Source of the DNA: Piedraia hortae CBS 480.64
Lineage: Eukaryota
Direction: 5' to 3'
Assembly: GCA_010093745.1 (NCBI GenBank)
Contig: MU005974.1
Coordinates: 1 to 64,000 of the forward strand
DNA: 64,000 nt
The first letter of the stretch is position 1. Every line of letters starts with the position of its first letter. The notes beneath the pieces were generated by a model. That model was not told where the DNA came from. It worked only from the letters and a program-made list of their open reading frames with translations, and searched no databases. Below, piece after piece: positions 1 to 11,858 of the stretch. Made by a program: the position numbers and the translations under genes.

Positions 1-1941
1 AAGTCGAGAGCCGAGCGACGGTTACTAATAATGCGCGTAATATACCGCATATTCACAACAACAATGCTACGCACCGAATAGCACACACATTAGACTACAT
101 TTTCTATAGTCATATTGACGAGGGAATGCTAATATCCAGAAGCGCCATTGTACCAAGGCGATACAGCAGAAGGACACATCCATCGGCAGACAGAAAGCTA
201 CCGCAGGCACATCCGAGGGTAAACAGTCAGCTGCCGTAAGTGTAATGCAAACAGGTCTGAATACTGCTCGCAGGGCCGCAGCCGAAAGAGAAGAAAGGGC
301 ACGTATAGCACTGTCTCAGTTGCAGAGAGAATCGTCGCCGGTGTCTTCCACGACCGCTGCCCACCCCGGTGAGATTGACTTCGAGACCCAGAGCACGCAA
401 TCACAATCTTCATCTACTGTTACAGCCGCACCTGTCGCGGCCGGCCCAAGTCAGTAATGTACGATATCGCGGTTCCAGGCTTTTGTTGTTGAGAAGTGTC
501 AGTGCCATACCTAGGCCTGATAACAAAGACTATACAAAGAAACATCCCGTATAGCAAAATGCTCAAAGAGCATAATAAAGAGGACAGTGGGGCAATGGAG
601 TTATGTTTGAGACTGTCTGAACAAAGAAGCTACTTGTATATAAGCTCGCTGCTGAACATCAGAAGATACAATTCTGTTAAAAACTCAACCTTCAGAACGA
701 TTACGCTACGCAACAACGTCTTCGAACAATATTCAGTGGGCCACCCCAGATTCAGGTAAGTGTCATGATCATGTTAACGAGGATATTCTAATGTGCGGAA
801 GAATCGTTGCACTACAGCAACCCAGGAGAGGAAAACTTCAATCTCAACTCGGGCAGGTACAGGTATTGCACGCACGGCCACCACAGAGAGCGGAAAGAGC
901 CTGTCTAGCATTGTCTGAACTGACTAAATAAGTATTGCCCACTTTTTCGAGCGCCGCTTCTAGCTCCAACAATACTGCCCCTGGCGCCACGGACATGAGA
1001 CCGCAGGCTCTACCTGCGTCGATACGACCGCCTCCCATGTCTTTCGGCACAGGGGCAGCTGGCCGTAGTGTCCGCGCTCGGCTGCTTTCCAAAAGCGCCA
1101 AGCTCGCGAAGGTTCAAGCCGGGACCTGTTCGCTTCTAGAGGACTAGCGTGGTTTATGAAGTATGCACGACCCTAGAACCTATCACGGATCATGTAGCAG
1201 AGCGCTAACCCGCAGGTGAAGGCAGAGACGGTGGTTAAACTGGGCGTTCTGGCTCAGGGCCTGATCGACGCCCAGCGCGAGACTCACAAAGATACCCTGA
1301 CGCGTCAGGGGCAGGAAGCAGAGTCGAACTCGGCGCAACTCCTTGAGGTCGCTGGGCGGGTAACGTGAAGCATCTTCTAGAGGTTCATGCAACAACTAAT
1401 ACGGTTTTCAGCAAGGGCGAAACTGGGTGCGCAATAACTTTATCTTTGGCTCGTACGAGCCGAGGTTCTGGCATTGCTCACATTCTCTCATTGTAAGTAC
1501 TGATAAATGACTGTTAGTTTTGGGCTGAGAGATTGTCTCACGCTGAGCTTGTCAATGTGGACATAATTAACGAGCTGCCCTCGAGCGACATTGTGACACA
1601 ACCTAAAAAAAAAGTCTGAAGGAGATCAACGTTGATCTCCTGGAAAAGCCCCTATGGGAGGTGATTCAACATTTTCCCCACAAGTTTCGAGGGTGGCGTT
1701 CAACACGCCGAAGTCTAAGCGCAGGGCGGGGGCAATGTGGATAAGTTTACCTGCAGTCGACGGCTGCCTTTTTTTCTAAGCTCTGTATCTAACATTACCA
1801 GCACTGGGTCGCTAAAGCCTTAAGACGTGAAGTCTGGGCCAAAAGGTGTGTGTAACTGTGTTCGTCTCTACGTGCTGAGAGCTAACGCAACGTCCTCCAC
1901 AGACCCACAGTTGGCCAGACCGCATTTGCAGAGACCACGTT

Positions 1942-3282
1942 TCAGAAGGATGTGGCACCCACCATGACCAGAGCCTTAGAAGTCGAAACTTCTCAGAGTT
2001 TTTAACTCTATAGAGGAAGCTTTGCCTGGGACGGGTCATTGTCTCGTTCATGCTTAAGGGCATGGTTCGCTGATGTTGTCCTGGCCAATGCGACTAGACT
2101 GAGGTAGTGTGGAGAAGGTTTGGAGCCTCACCTCACATAGAGATAGACATCTACATTCACCTTTTGACCAAAGTTGAGTGCACACATTTGTCGTTGATAT
2201 ACGTTCCGCTTTAGTCCTCGGATGTTTACCCCTCCGACAGGCTTCCTATTTGTTCGATGCATAGTTAGAGTCAAGGAATGGGCCATGTAATGATACGGTC
2301 TTCTCAAAGACATTGTTTGCTTACTCCAGCGTTTGCCGGAAGCTGGGCGTTGGATTTAATCACTACACGCTGATTCCGGGAATTTCCCCCCGACGGAGCG
2401 AGCCTGGAAATAGTCCCAAGGTCTTTAACCCAAAGCTGCCAGTTTTTTTGTGCAGTTGGTGACCGCCACTGGAAAGTGGACCATGTTGTTGGAGTTCAAT
2501 GCCATACAGCTTGGCCATAAATCCCTTCAATTCTCCAGAGACGCCTTCTTGCGCCTGCCAATTTCCCGTGCTTTAAAGAGCAGCGAAGGTTGTAATGATC
2601 TCAAAGTTCGATAAGAAAGACAAGTTTTTCTCGTCGTCATAAAGCCCCTGTACCTCTCATATCGCACTGCGCAAGGCCATGACAGCGTTCCGAGCTGTCA
2701 TCATCAGCCTATAGCGTTGCAACACGTCGCTGAAAAGACCAAAAGGGAAATGGTTGCCGCATTTGTTCATAATGTCGATATGGTCTCTTCACGAAACCAA
2801 GTAATCTTTATGGCATTCCTGAATGTGCAGCGCACCATCCACGCCCTTCTCCCACGGCCTGTTGCAGCACATGTAGCAGCAACTCTGGCCCATCGTGCTA
2901 CTTTGTTGGTTGCAAAGCTTCTTCACCAGCAGATCGGTCCAGATGAAGGAAGAGGGCCAGAATACTGTACCTGCGCCGGTTCGATGCGCTACACCACGTC
3001 CTTCTATCCAAGCTGAGCGTAAACACTACAAGCTGGAGATAGAAATCGGCTATGCTAACGACCAATATGTCTCGAGTTCAGGCAGTTACCTCCCCGTGAT
3101 GACCGAACGCATTGGCTGCTGATGTCCTGTCGTTTCCGGAGTGGTGGCTCGCGAACAAAGTGCGGTTTGTGCCTAAGAGATTGGAGCTCGCGAGATAATG
3201 AGAGCAGACTTAATGTCGATTTCAAGTCGAAACATAAGAGATCCTTTGCAAGGTCTCTTGAAAATGCCCTCAGGAGGGACAT
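1942..3282 (-). pseudogene. Degenerate member (copy A) of an unrecognised multicopy gene family ('family X'); possible F-box-like N-terminus
   Basis: 1942-2240 is the reverse complement of similar segments at about 33150-33455 and 40950-41275, including a 51-nt GTGAGG..CAG intron (2081-2131) and a last exon TTSANHALKHERDNDPSQAKLPL* (stop 2008-2010). ORF 3055..3282 (MSLLRAFSRDLAKDLLCFDLKSTLSLLSLSRELQSL) loosely resembles an F-box. The link between the two ends is inferred. Confidence 0.45.
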
Positions 3283-3477
3283 CCTAACGGGTGAAATTGC
3301 CCGGTAGATGAACGGTGAGACGCTTGTTGAGATTCATAGCAGAACGGCGGCAAATCCCTTAATCGATTTTGGTCAATGACGTGAAGAGAACCGAGACAGG
3401 TCTGGACATCGTAGCCATGTACGTTGTTATGGCTATTTCAAAGCCAGAGGTGGGAGGGAAGTGACCAGTCTCACGAA

Positions 3478-4998
3478 TCAGTTCTTGTCAATGCTCATTT
3501 TCCTCCCTCCCTGCGTCTTGAGAGTGAGGAATGGCACCATGAAACAACTCATTGCAGCGGTCGAGAATGCGAACCAGAATGTGGCCGTATACGGCTGTGT
3601 AGCCATGTCCCAGTAGTTCGACATGGACGGTTTCCGCTGCACAGAGTTGAAAACGGCAGTTGATATGCCAAGGCCAAGTGTCATACACAGTCTCGTAGCC
3701 GTTTGAAATATTCCCCCGGCAATACTCTGCTGCGAAGGTGGCATCGCCGACATAACATACATGTTCGCAACGTTGAACTGCAGGTCTGCTCCAATGACGA
3801 CGAGGCAGAAAGATGGAAAGGCAAAGGTCCAGTAGCTCGAGCTCTTTCGGTTCACGGCGAGGAGCAGAAAGGCAACGCAATAGCATACGGTCGAAGCGAG
3901 CATGATAAGCTTGTTCGACACCTTATGCAGGATAAGCCCGGCCACAATGTTCACCAACAATCCCATAATAGCCATCGGAAGCAAATGTACCGCAACTTGC
4001 AAGGCCGACATGTGCAGCACATCCTGGAAGTAGAGCGCGATGAAGAAAGACGCCGGAGTAAAAGCCATGAATCCCATCATCAGAATGCCCATGCAGAGGG
4101 TGAAGTTACGATCCTCCCAGATGCCCATCGGTACCAAAGGGTACTTGTACCAAAAATCCCAGCAGACAAATGCGACGATCAGCACAATGCCTGCAATTAA
4201 CAGCCCCAAGACCGTAGCCGCCGACCAGCCCTCTGTAGATCCCAAGCTCAACGCAGCAGAGAACATTCCAATCCCAAAGATGATGCACACAACACCGGGG
4301 ATGTCGAACTTTTTCAATGTCTCCAAGTTGACCCGCGCCTTTAACGCATCATCCTTTGGAATGGTCCACACACCCGCTGCCGCAAAGACTACGAATATAA
4401 TTGCCATAAGCCAGTACGATGCCCTCCACCCAAAGAGATACGTAGCCAGGCCACCAAAGATCGTCCCAAAGACATAACCCAGCGGATTTCCTGCTGAAAA
4501 ACACGCAAACGCGTAATTCTTCCGTTTTGATGGCTTCTCATATGCTGATCCCAATATACCCACTGCAGGGGGCACAGCAGCCGCGCACCAAAGGCCCATG
4601 ACACCATTAATTACGTCCAGCATGATACCCTCTTTGGTAAAACCGGCGATAACAGCAAAAACGGAAAACAAAAACATGGCACCAATGAACATCTTCTTTC
4701 GCCCAAACAAGTCTGCAGCCCTGCCGAAGAAGAGCAAAAACGCACCGCTGCTAAGGGAGCATGCCGATGCGAGCCAGGTTATTTCCGCTGTTGTCATGTT
4801 CAGATCTTTGCCGATAAACGACGACGTCACGGTAATGGACCCGGTAAGCAAAGAATTCATCGCCACCGCCATGGTCGCTGTGAGCACAAAGAGGACTTCG
4901 TGGATCGTTGACCGAAAACATTCGGGTCGCGCGTTTGCTGGAGTCCGGGAGAGCTTGGCATGTTTCTCATAGGCCTTTACATCCGTCGGCGCGCTCAT
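3478..4998 (-). CDS. MFS drug:H+ antiporter (DHA2/Atr1-like)
   Basis: Intronless hydrophobic ORF with MFS motif A (GRAADLFGRKK) and PLGYVFGTIFGG. First in-frame ATG at 4998. Confidence 0.9.
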   Translation of the reverse strand: MSAPTDVKAYEKHAKLSRTPANARPECFRSTIHEVLFVLTATMAVAMNSLLTGSITVTSSFIGKDLNMTTAEITWLASACSLSSGAFLLFFGRAADLFGRKKMFIGAMFLFSVFAVIAGFTKEGIMLDVINGVMGLWCAAAVPPAVGILGSAYEKPSKRKNYAFACFSAGNPLGYVFGTIFGGLATYLFGWRASYWLMAIIFVVFAAAGVWTIPKDDALKARVNLETLKKFDIPGVVCIIFGIGMFSAALSLGSTEGWSAATVLGLLIAGIVLIVAFVCWDFWYKYPLVPMGIWEDRNFTLCMGILMMGFMAFTPASFFIALYFQDVLHMSALQVAVHLLPMAIMGLLVNIVAGLILHKVSNKLIMLASTVCYCVAFLLLAVNRKSSSYWTFAFPSFCLVVIGADLQFNVANMYVMSAMPPSQQSIAGGIFQTATRLCMTLGLGISTAVFNSVQRKPSMSNYWDMATQPYTATFWFAFSTAAMSCFMVPFLTLKTQGGRKMSIDKN

Positions 4999-5429
4999 TG
5001 GAAAATTGAAAGTCACTTGGGGCGATGTATCTGGCTGACATGATTTTTGATAGAATGTCGGCTAATTAAGGCCAGGATGTTGGCCAATTAGGTTTAACGC
5101 TTTGGGGATGCGGGGTAATTAAGGTCGTGTCTGGGGAGGTTACCAGTCACTGGTATGCGCCAGAACCGATGGACACTCTTATCAGGCAGTAGTATTCACC
5201 GCCAAAGGCTGAAAAGCATGGGATTCGGGAGCGTTCCACATTCAGGCAACCGATTGATAGGCGCACATGTAACTTGATGCTAGGACACTTGAACGTTAAA
5301 TGGTTGTTGACGCTAAAGTGGCCGTTGGCATTTGAATTTGATTGCAGTGATTTCAAGAACTTGTGATCACGAAGTGCTTGGCATGTCGGTATGCATCATC
5401 ATTCCACAACGCTCTTCCATACACGTCCA

Positions 5430-6311
5430 CTACAATTTGACGACCTCCCACCCGCTCAAGTCCATCTTTGCGAGACATCCACCAAGTGGACCCTGTGTTT
5501 CTCTCCCATCCCTCCAGATCTTCGTCCCAGCCCAATACTCCACAAACCTATCCGGGCCCGAAACAAAAATTAATCCCCGCGAAGCGTCCCTGCCTTTTAA
5601 ACGCAGCGTCACATCTTTAGGAGAGATGATCGAGCCCTCTTGATCCACAAAGAAGCTCACTTGGTTTTTACCCGCTTTCATATACCGCTCAACCATCTCC
5701 CCAGCCCCCTGACGCTCATCCAAAGTTCTACACCCCCATAGAACATCCATCCCATCACTCGAAGCATCAACAACCTGCAACGCTGGCGCAATGCCTGTCC
5801 CTCCCGCAATGAAAATTACCTTCCCAACATCCTGCGGAAGTGCAAACTCTGTGACCGGCCCTCGGACATGCACTTTCACCCCTAAAGGCAGTCGGTGGAG
5901 GTACGACGATACCTCGCCATTCACTGCATTTCGAATCAAAAGCCGAATTTCATCTCCACTCATGGGGGGAAGAGGCGTGTACCGTCTGCTGATCTGAAGT
6001 TGGGGCTGTTTGATTTCTATGCTTTGAATCTTGCTTTCAGAATCGGCGGGGTAGTTAAGCTGCTGCGCGGTAGAGGGGCGGAGTGTAAATATTGCCAAGT
6101 TGTGAGAGACGAGTTCTTTGTGGGTCAAGGTGTAGGGGATGAAGTTGTCAGCTTGTTGTGACGGCCGCGTAAATGTATATGTGGTTAGACCCCCTGCTAT
6201 CAGCACGAGAGCTGCACGATAAGGTCGCTTCGCGCATGTGGTTCGCTGACTTGAAAAATGGCGATTGAAGACTTGGGGGGAGATGGTTCGAAATGTAGTG
6301 AACAGGCGCAT
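5430..6311 (-). CDS. CYC2: Mitochondrial FAD/NAD(P)-binding oxidoreductase, Cyc2-like (cytochrome b5 reductase family)
   Basis: Arg/Ser-rich presequence plus TM segment; QLQISRRYTPLPP, GEVSSYLH, FIAGGTGIAPALQ and the C-terminal QGPLGG typical of fungal Cyc2-like proteins. Confidence 0.75.
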   Translation of the reverse strand: MRLFTTFRTISPQVFNRHFSSQRTTCAKRPYRAALVLIAGGLTTYTFTRPSQQADNFIPYTLTHKELVSHNLAIFTLRPSTAQQLNYPADSESKIQSIEIKQPQLQISRRYTPLPPMSGDEIRLLIRNAVNGEVSSYLHRLPLGVKVHVRGPVTEFALPQDVGKVIFIAGGTGIAPALQVVDASSDGMDVLWGCRTLDERQGAGEMVERYMKAGKNQVSFFVDQEGSIISPKDVTLRLKGRDASRGLIFVSGPDRFVEYWAGTKIWRDGRETQGPLGGCLAKMDLSGWEVVKL

Positions 6312-6755
6312 GGATGTTGATGTTGAAGCCGCGCGCTAGAGGAGCACTAGACCTACGCTAGTATCGTTAGTGCGGGGTCGACGTCAGTTCGAAGCACCAC
6401 ACACTCCAAACTTTCTCGGCGAAATCGCTAGCTTGGCAATTAGATAAAATTGTGACAACACAGTTCATTTGTCAGCCACATGCACCCGTACAGCATCAAG
6501 CATCCATGGCTCGTCATCGATCCCACAGTCAGTTTTGGAGAGGACGCCCCATATGTCATTACGACTACTTGACCAGTTCTCTTTCATGAATTATTTGGAC
6601 AATGATATCAGTGATACTGTCGTCGCAAAATTCCTTGATGACTAGGTGCGCAAAATGAATCCTAAGCACTCAGTTGCAGTTGCCTTGGACAGTGAAAATG
6701 ACTACGCCTCTAATAGCTTCGTTTTACATTAGCCCAATCCACCCCATTCCCACAA

Positions 6756-9700
6756 ATGCCCTCTCTACATCCCCCGCCAGACACCGCTTCCTCCTCTTCT
6801 ACCGAGCCAGCTAATTCCAAACCGTCGTTGGACACCACAGCTTACTTGTCAGATCCACTCAAGCCTGATCCTGGCACTGAACATGAATTCACGCACAACG
6901 GCCCCTTTGCCTTTGCCACAGGTCATCTCTCCAAGCTCCTTAATCCCAAAAACCTTCAGGCTTTCCATGCCCTCGGGGGTCTATCTGGCCTGGAAAACGG
7001 CCTCCGAACGGACCGCAACAAGGGATTAGATAGCCATGAAACCCAGCTCGACGGTAAAGTCACCTTCCGCGAAGCCACGAACGTAAAGCCATCCAGAGCC
7101 CCTGCAGCCATTGACCCGCCAATCACAACAACTTCAGCCACAGCGGACGGTTCTTTCTCCGACCGCATAAGCGTCTATGGTACCAATGCAATGCCGCAGA
7201 AACCGGCCAAAAGCCTTTTCAAACTCATGTGGCTCGCATACAATGACAAAGTCATCATCATCCTCACTGCGGCTGCCGTCGTTGCCCTTGCTTTGGGTCT
7301 ATACCAGCGCTTTGCCACGGAAGAAAAAAATGAGTGGATCGAGGGCGTGGCCATCATCGCCGCCATAATTGTCGTTGTGCTGGTTAGTGCTGTCAACGAC
7401 TGGCAAAAAGAGCGCCAGTTCGCGGAGTTGAATAGGAAGAAAGATGATCGGCTGGTCAAAGTTATAAGATCTAGCACGACTCAGGAGATTCATGTTGAGA
7501 ATCTACTTGTGGGTGATGTGCTGATTGTCGAGCCGGGAAGCGTGCTCCCCGCGGACGGCATCTTCATTGCTGGACACGGTGTCAAGTGTGACGAATCGTC
7601 CGCAACGGGTGAGTCTGATGTGTTGAAGAAAACGGGTGGAGATGAGGTCTTCAATGCAATGGAGGCGGGGAAGCCGCTTAAAAAACTGGATCCATTCATG
7701 ATTTCAGGGGGAAAGGTCACGGAGGGTTATGGCCGCATGCTCGTCACGGCGACGGGGACGAATTCCACTATGGGGAAAACGATGCTGTCACTTCAGGGAG
7801 ACGACGATCCTACACCCTTGCAAGTAAAGCTTAACCATCTAGCTGGAAATATTGCGTGGTTCGGCAGCGCTGCCGCAGCGTTCCTGTTCATTGTTCTGGT
7901 CATCAAATTTGCGGCATCTTTGAAAGATAACCATGACAACGTTCAGAAAAAAGTTCAAAAGTTCATGAATATTTTCATCGTGGCGATCACTATCATTGTG
8001 GTTGCTGTTCCAGAAGGCTTGCCACTGGCGGTTACGCTGTCTTTGGCTTATGCTACCAAGCGGATGTTGAAGGACAACAATCTTGTACGTGTGCTCCGTT
8101 CGTGCGAAACAATGGGCAACGCTACTTCTGTTTGCTCTGACAAAACCGGCACATTGACGCAAAACGTCATGACCCTTGTTGCCGGCTGTGTTGGGCTAAA
8201 TGGTCGATTCATTGTGCAGGGACACGCTGATTTGGAAGGCAAGCCGATTACTGAGGTCGTGGAATCCCTAAACCCAGACGTCAAGACGTTATGGAAGGAC
8301 AGCATTGCCCTCAATTCGACCGCCTTTGAGCAAGATAATGCATTTGTTGGCTCCAAAACCGAGACAGCTCTTCTCGACTTCGCCCGGGCGTATCTGGACA
8401 TGAATGCTGTAGCTGGCGAACGCGACTCCGTTGAATTTCTTCAGATAATTCCATTTGATTCTGATCGCAAGTGCATGGGCGTTGTCGTCAAGAGTGGTGC
8501 AAGATACCAGCTTCTAGTAAAAGGAGCAAGTGAACTGATGCTCGGTTACTGCACCATGATGATCCGCGATGGTTCGCAAGCAATCAATCCTACTCAAATG
8601 ACCCCAAAAGACAAACAATCCTTACAATCTCTGATCGACACCTATGCTGACAAGAGTCTCCGAACCATTGCCTGTATCTACCGGGACTTCGAGTCCTGGC
8701 CACCAGCAGACGTCAGACGCCAACAAGACGATCCGTCCCAGGCAGTATTCACCGATATCTGCAAATACATGACCTTTCTCAGCCTCTCCGCCATACAGGA
8801 TCCACTCCGCCCAGGCGTCCCCGAAGCAGTCGAAGACTGCCGCACTGCCGGCGTCAAAGTTCGAATGGTAACAGGTGACAATATGCACACGGCAACTGCC
8901 ATTGCCCGAGACTGTGGGATATACACCGACGGTGGTATTGTCATGGAAGGTTCAAAATTTCGCCAACTAACACCAGCAAAACAACGCTCCATCCTCCCAG
9001 CCCTCCAAGTCCTCGCCCGCTCCTCGCCAGAAGACAAACGCGTTCTGGTGAATCGCCTCAAAGAAACCGGAGAAACCGTCGCCGCGACAGGAGACGGCAC
9101 AAACGATGCCCCAGCGCTCAAAGCCGCAGACGTCGGGTTCGCAATGAACATCTCAGGAACCGAAGTTGCCAAAGAAGCCTCAGACATTGTCTTGATGGAC
9201 GACAACTTCTCTTCCATCGTCAACGCGCTGATGTGGGGTCGCGCCGTGAACGATTCTGTGAAAAAATTCCTCCAATTCCAACTCACAGTCAACATCGTCG
9301 CTGTACTCTTGGCATTCATCTCGGCTGTCACAAATCCAAATCAGGAATCCGTCCTTACCGCCGTACAGCTGCTATGGGTGAACCTCATCATGGACACCAT
9401 GGCTGCCCTCGCGCTCGCTACTGATCCACCCACACGCGCAGTCCTCCACCGACCTCCGGAGCGCAAATCAGCTTCTTTAATCACAGTCACGATGTGGAAG
9501 ATGATTTTGCTTCAGGCCGCGTACCAACTTACTGTGACACTGATTCTGTACTTCGCTGGCAGTAAAATTCTCGGTCTCACTGGTAAGAAAGGTCCCAGAC
9601 TGCTGCAGACGCTTGTGTTCAATTCGTTTGTGTGGATGCAGGTCTTTAATGTCCTTAATAACCGACGGCTGGATAATAGATTGAACATCTTTGAAGGTGC

Positions 9701-9998
9701 GGGGAGGAATTGGCTCTTCCTGGCCATTATGCTGCTCATGGTCGCCGGTCAGGTGATGATTTTGTTTTTGGCGAATTGGAGTGTTTTTCAAGTGGAGACG
9801 CAGACGCCGCTACTCTGGGGTGTTGCGCTCGGTTTGGGTGTCTCGACGCTTTTCGTCGCGGTGTTGATTAGAGCCGTGCCGGATCGGTGGGTAGCTGGGA
9901 TTGTGAGGGTTATTAGGAGGAAGGTGAGGAAGGTTAGGGCTGCGATGGAGCGTGGATTGGTCTGGTTGAGTAGAGCTGTGGGACCGAAGGAGGAATAG
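6756..9998 (+). CDS. PMC1: P-type IIB Ca2+-ATPase (vacuolar Pmc1-like)
   Basis: 1080-aa intronless ORF with TGES, VAVPEGLPLAVT, CSDKTGTLT, MVTGDN, TGDGTNDAPAL and QLLWVNLIMDT motifs. Confidence 0.93.
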   Translation: MPSLHPPPDTASSSSTEPANSKPSLDTTAYLSDPLKPDPGTEHEFTHNGPFAFATGHLSKLLNPKNLQAFHALGGLSGLENGLRTDRNKGLDSHETQLDGKVTFREATNVKPSRAPAAIDPPITTTSATADGSFSDRISVYGTNAMPQKPAKSLFKLMWLAYNDKVIIILTAAAVVALALGLYQRFATEEKNEWIEGVAIIAAIIVVVLVSAVNDWQKERQFAELNRKKDDRLVKVIRSSTTQEIHVENLLVGDVLIVEPGSVLPADGIFIAGHGVKCDESSATGESDVLKKTGGDEVFNAMEAGKPLKKLDPFMISGGKVTEGYGRMLVTATGTNSTMGKTMLSLQGDDDPTPLQVKLNHLAGNIAWFGSAAAAFLFIVLVIKFAASLKDNHDNVQKKVQKFMNIFIVAITIIVVAVPEGLPLAVTLSLAYATKRMLKDNNLVRVLRSCETMGNATSVCSDKTGTLTQNVMTLVAGCVGLNGRFIVQGHADLEGKPITEVVESLNPDVKTLWKDSIALNSTAFEQDNAFVGSKTETALLDFARAYLDMNAVAGERDSVEFLQIIPFDSDRKCMGVVVKSGARYQLLVKGASELMLGYCTMMIRDGSQAINPTQMTPKDKQSLQSLIDTYADKSLRTIACIYRDFESWPPADVRRQQDDPSQAVFTDICKYMTFLSLSAIQDPLRPGVPEAVEDCRTAGVKVRMVTGDNMHTATAIARDCGIYTDGGIVMEGSKFRQLTPAKQRSILPALQVLARSSPEDKRVLVNRLKETGETVAATGDGTNDAPALKAADVGFAMNISGTEVAKEASDIVLMDDNFSSIVNALMWGRAVNDSVKKFLQFQLTVNIVAVLLAFISAVTNPNQESVLTAVQLLWVNLIMDTMAALALATDPPTRAVLHRPPERKSASLITVTMWKMILLQAAYQLTVTLILYFAGSKILGLTGKKGPRLLQTLVFNSFVWMQVFNVLNNRRLDNRLNIFEGAGRNWLFLAIMLLMVAGQVMILFLANWSVFQVETQTPLLWGVALGLGVSTLFVAVLIRAVPDRWVAGIVRVIRRKVRKVRAAMERGLVWLSRAVGPKEE

Positions 9999-10293
9999 TT
10001 TTAGCTAAGAACCTAGGCTATCTTATCGTTATGAGCGAATACACTAATCCGCATGGTACCCGACATATGTTTCAAGGGGGTATGGAGCATTTTCTTCTTT
10101 CGAAACGGTAAATGGATCCATGCTCTTGATATCGATTTTCTGTAACTACTATTTTGCCTGCATAGGATTATCAGTGGCGAGAGCGCTTGTGGGGTAGATT
10201 GGCTGTTGGAATCAGTAGGCTTATCATTGCCATGTCTCCTGGTTCGTCGCCTGAGTCATACGAGAGTTTTCAGCAAATTAAGTGTAAGTAGAA

Positions 10294-10654
10294 TGTAGGT
10301 ATTTAGCTCTCGTGGGTAAGAGTGCACAGCGACCCGAAGAGGGCGGAGCGATAGACGGAAACAGGGACAGGAAAGATGTAGATGTATGTAAGTCAAAATA
10401 CCAGTTGCAGCATGGTAGCGTGAATGACTATTTTTCAATAAGGGGACGTTCAGAATGAAAATTCTGTTCCGGTGGGCCGGTGACGTCACGTCGTACACTA
10501 GCGGGGCGTATTCACCATGTCACATATGACATGACCCTGAGGGAAAACCTCTGTGAGGCAAAAACCTAGGGTGCAGCTGGTAGTGTAGGAGGTATCGCTG
10601 ACTTGCTATGCAAGTGCCCTGCATACGCGCTAGCGGCGATGCTTGAATCCAACA
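10294..10654. mobile_element. Solo LTR (family A, copy 1), 361 bp
   Basis: Begins TGT, ends ACA, flanked by a perfect 5-bp target-site duplication TAGAA (10289-10293 and 10655-10659); homologous to 31916-32275 and 33733-34094. Confidence 0.9.
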
Positions 10655-11171
10655 TAGAATTAATGTTTCGAGGCATTTGCTTGGTCATTCGTTCAAGTTT
10701 CGTCACGATATCAATACGAGGGAAAAAGTAGGATTCATCGTGAAAAAATTGCGCGACGGTGTTTACTGCTTCAAGTGGGAAAAAGAACGTGGAGTGGAGA
10801 TATGGAGAACCTGTAGGTGGGTCCATACGTGCATCCTGATTTGTAGGAGGCGATTTTCGATAATAGTCAATATTGACGAAGTTATGGGAGTTCAAAAGGG
10901 TCGGGTCGTGCCTAGGTGAATTGCACGATGTGACTAAATGGTTGCGTAGCGTTCTTACAGTTTGTAGTGGTGATCAAAAGTTAGCATGCAGTGGGGATGT
11001 GTCACCGTCAGGGGAATGATGCATACGAGCTTGTGGAGTTAAACAACGTACACACTGCAATCCCTGTCAATACAGTCAAACCTTGTCCTGTGCCTCCCTA
11101 GCCTATCGTCATAATCAATCTCCTCATCACCTCACAAATATATCCAAAACCTACTCCCAAAGCTCCTTGGT

Positions 11172-11676
11172 TTAAGAAAAGAAGCCGTCAATGCAACTGA
11201 GCCGCATACTGGCGGTCTGCACAAGTTGCAAGAGTATGCAGCACAGTTGGTTTGGATGAGTGGGAAGATTCCCGTAGATGTATGCGATACCACTTGGAGA
11301 AACATCATGTACTGACTCCTGATTTTGTAAGCTTGGTGTCGAATTCAATTGGTTCCCTTCGCTACAGCCTGGTGGAGAGAGCGCAGAGAATAACCTCCAG
11401 TTTGAGTTGGCGAATATCCTGTTCAACATGGCTGCCATGTATTCGCAGCTGGCGGTGCAATCTAACCGTGCAACTTCCGAAGGGCTCAAAAGCGCAGCAG
11501 CAAATTTTTGTCAAGCTGCGGGGGTTATAGAGCATCTGAAATGGCAGATTGCATCCGATTTAAGAAGTGTACCGCCCGACGAAATGGAACCTGCGACGTT
11601 GGATTCGTTATATTCGTTAATGCTCGCGCAAGCTCAGGAGTGTTTCTGGCAAAAAGCAGTAGGGGGTAAAATGAAA
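11172..11676 (+). pseudogene. Truncated fragment of a PalA/Rim20 (BRO1-domain) gene
   Basis: LRKEAVNATEPHTGGLHKLQEYAAQLVWMSGKIPVD, intron 11280-11331, then LGVEFNWFPSL..NNLQFELANILFNMAAMYSQLA..LMLAQAQECFWQKAV. No start exon, and similarity ends after about 150 aa. Confidence 0.8.
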
Positions 11677-11858
11677 GCATTTCAGTATTCGCTCGGGAGA
11701 ACTACTTGTCCACATGAAAGTTTCATTACAGCGAAAAGCAAATCGCAGGAGAAACCTTAAAGTCTTACACGAGATGAACCTCGGCATCAAGGGCCGCCTC
11801 CCATTCCACCGCAACGTAGTGCCGACCGACAGCACAGGAAAGGCCAGAAACAATAGCC

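Noticed and set aside
140..457. ORF 245..457 with a possible frameshifted CRKC..QTGLN zinc-knuckle (transposase tail) or a terminal exon
   Set aside because: Motif incomplete and the region is cut by the window edge; not enough to name a product.
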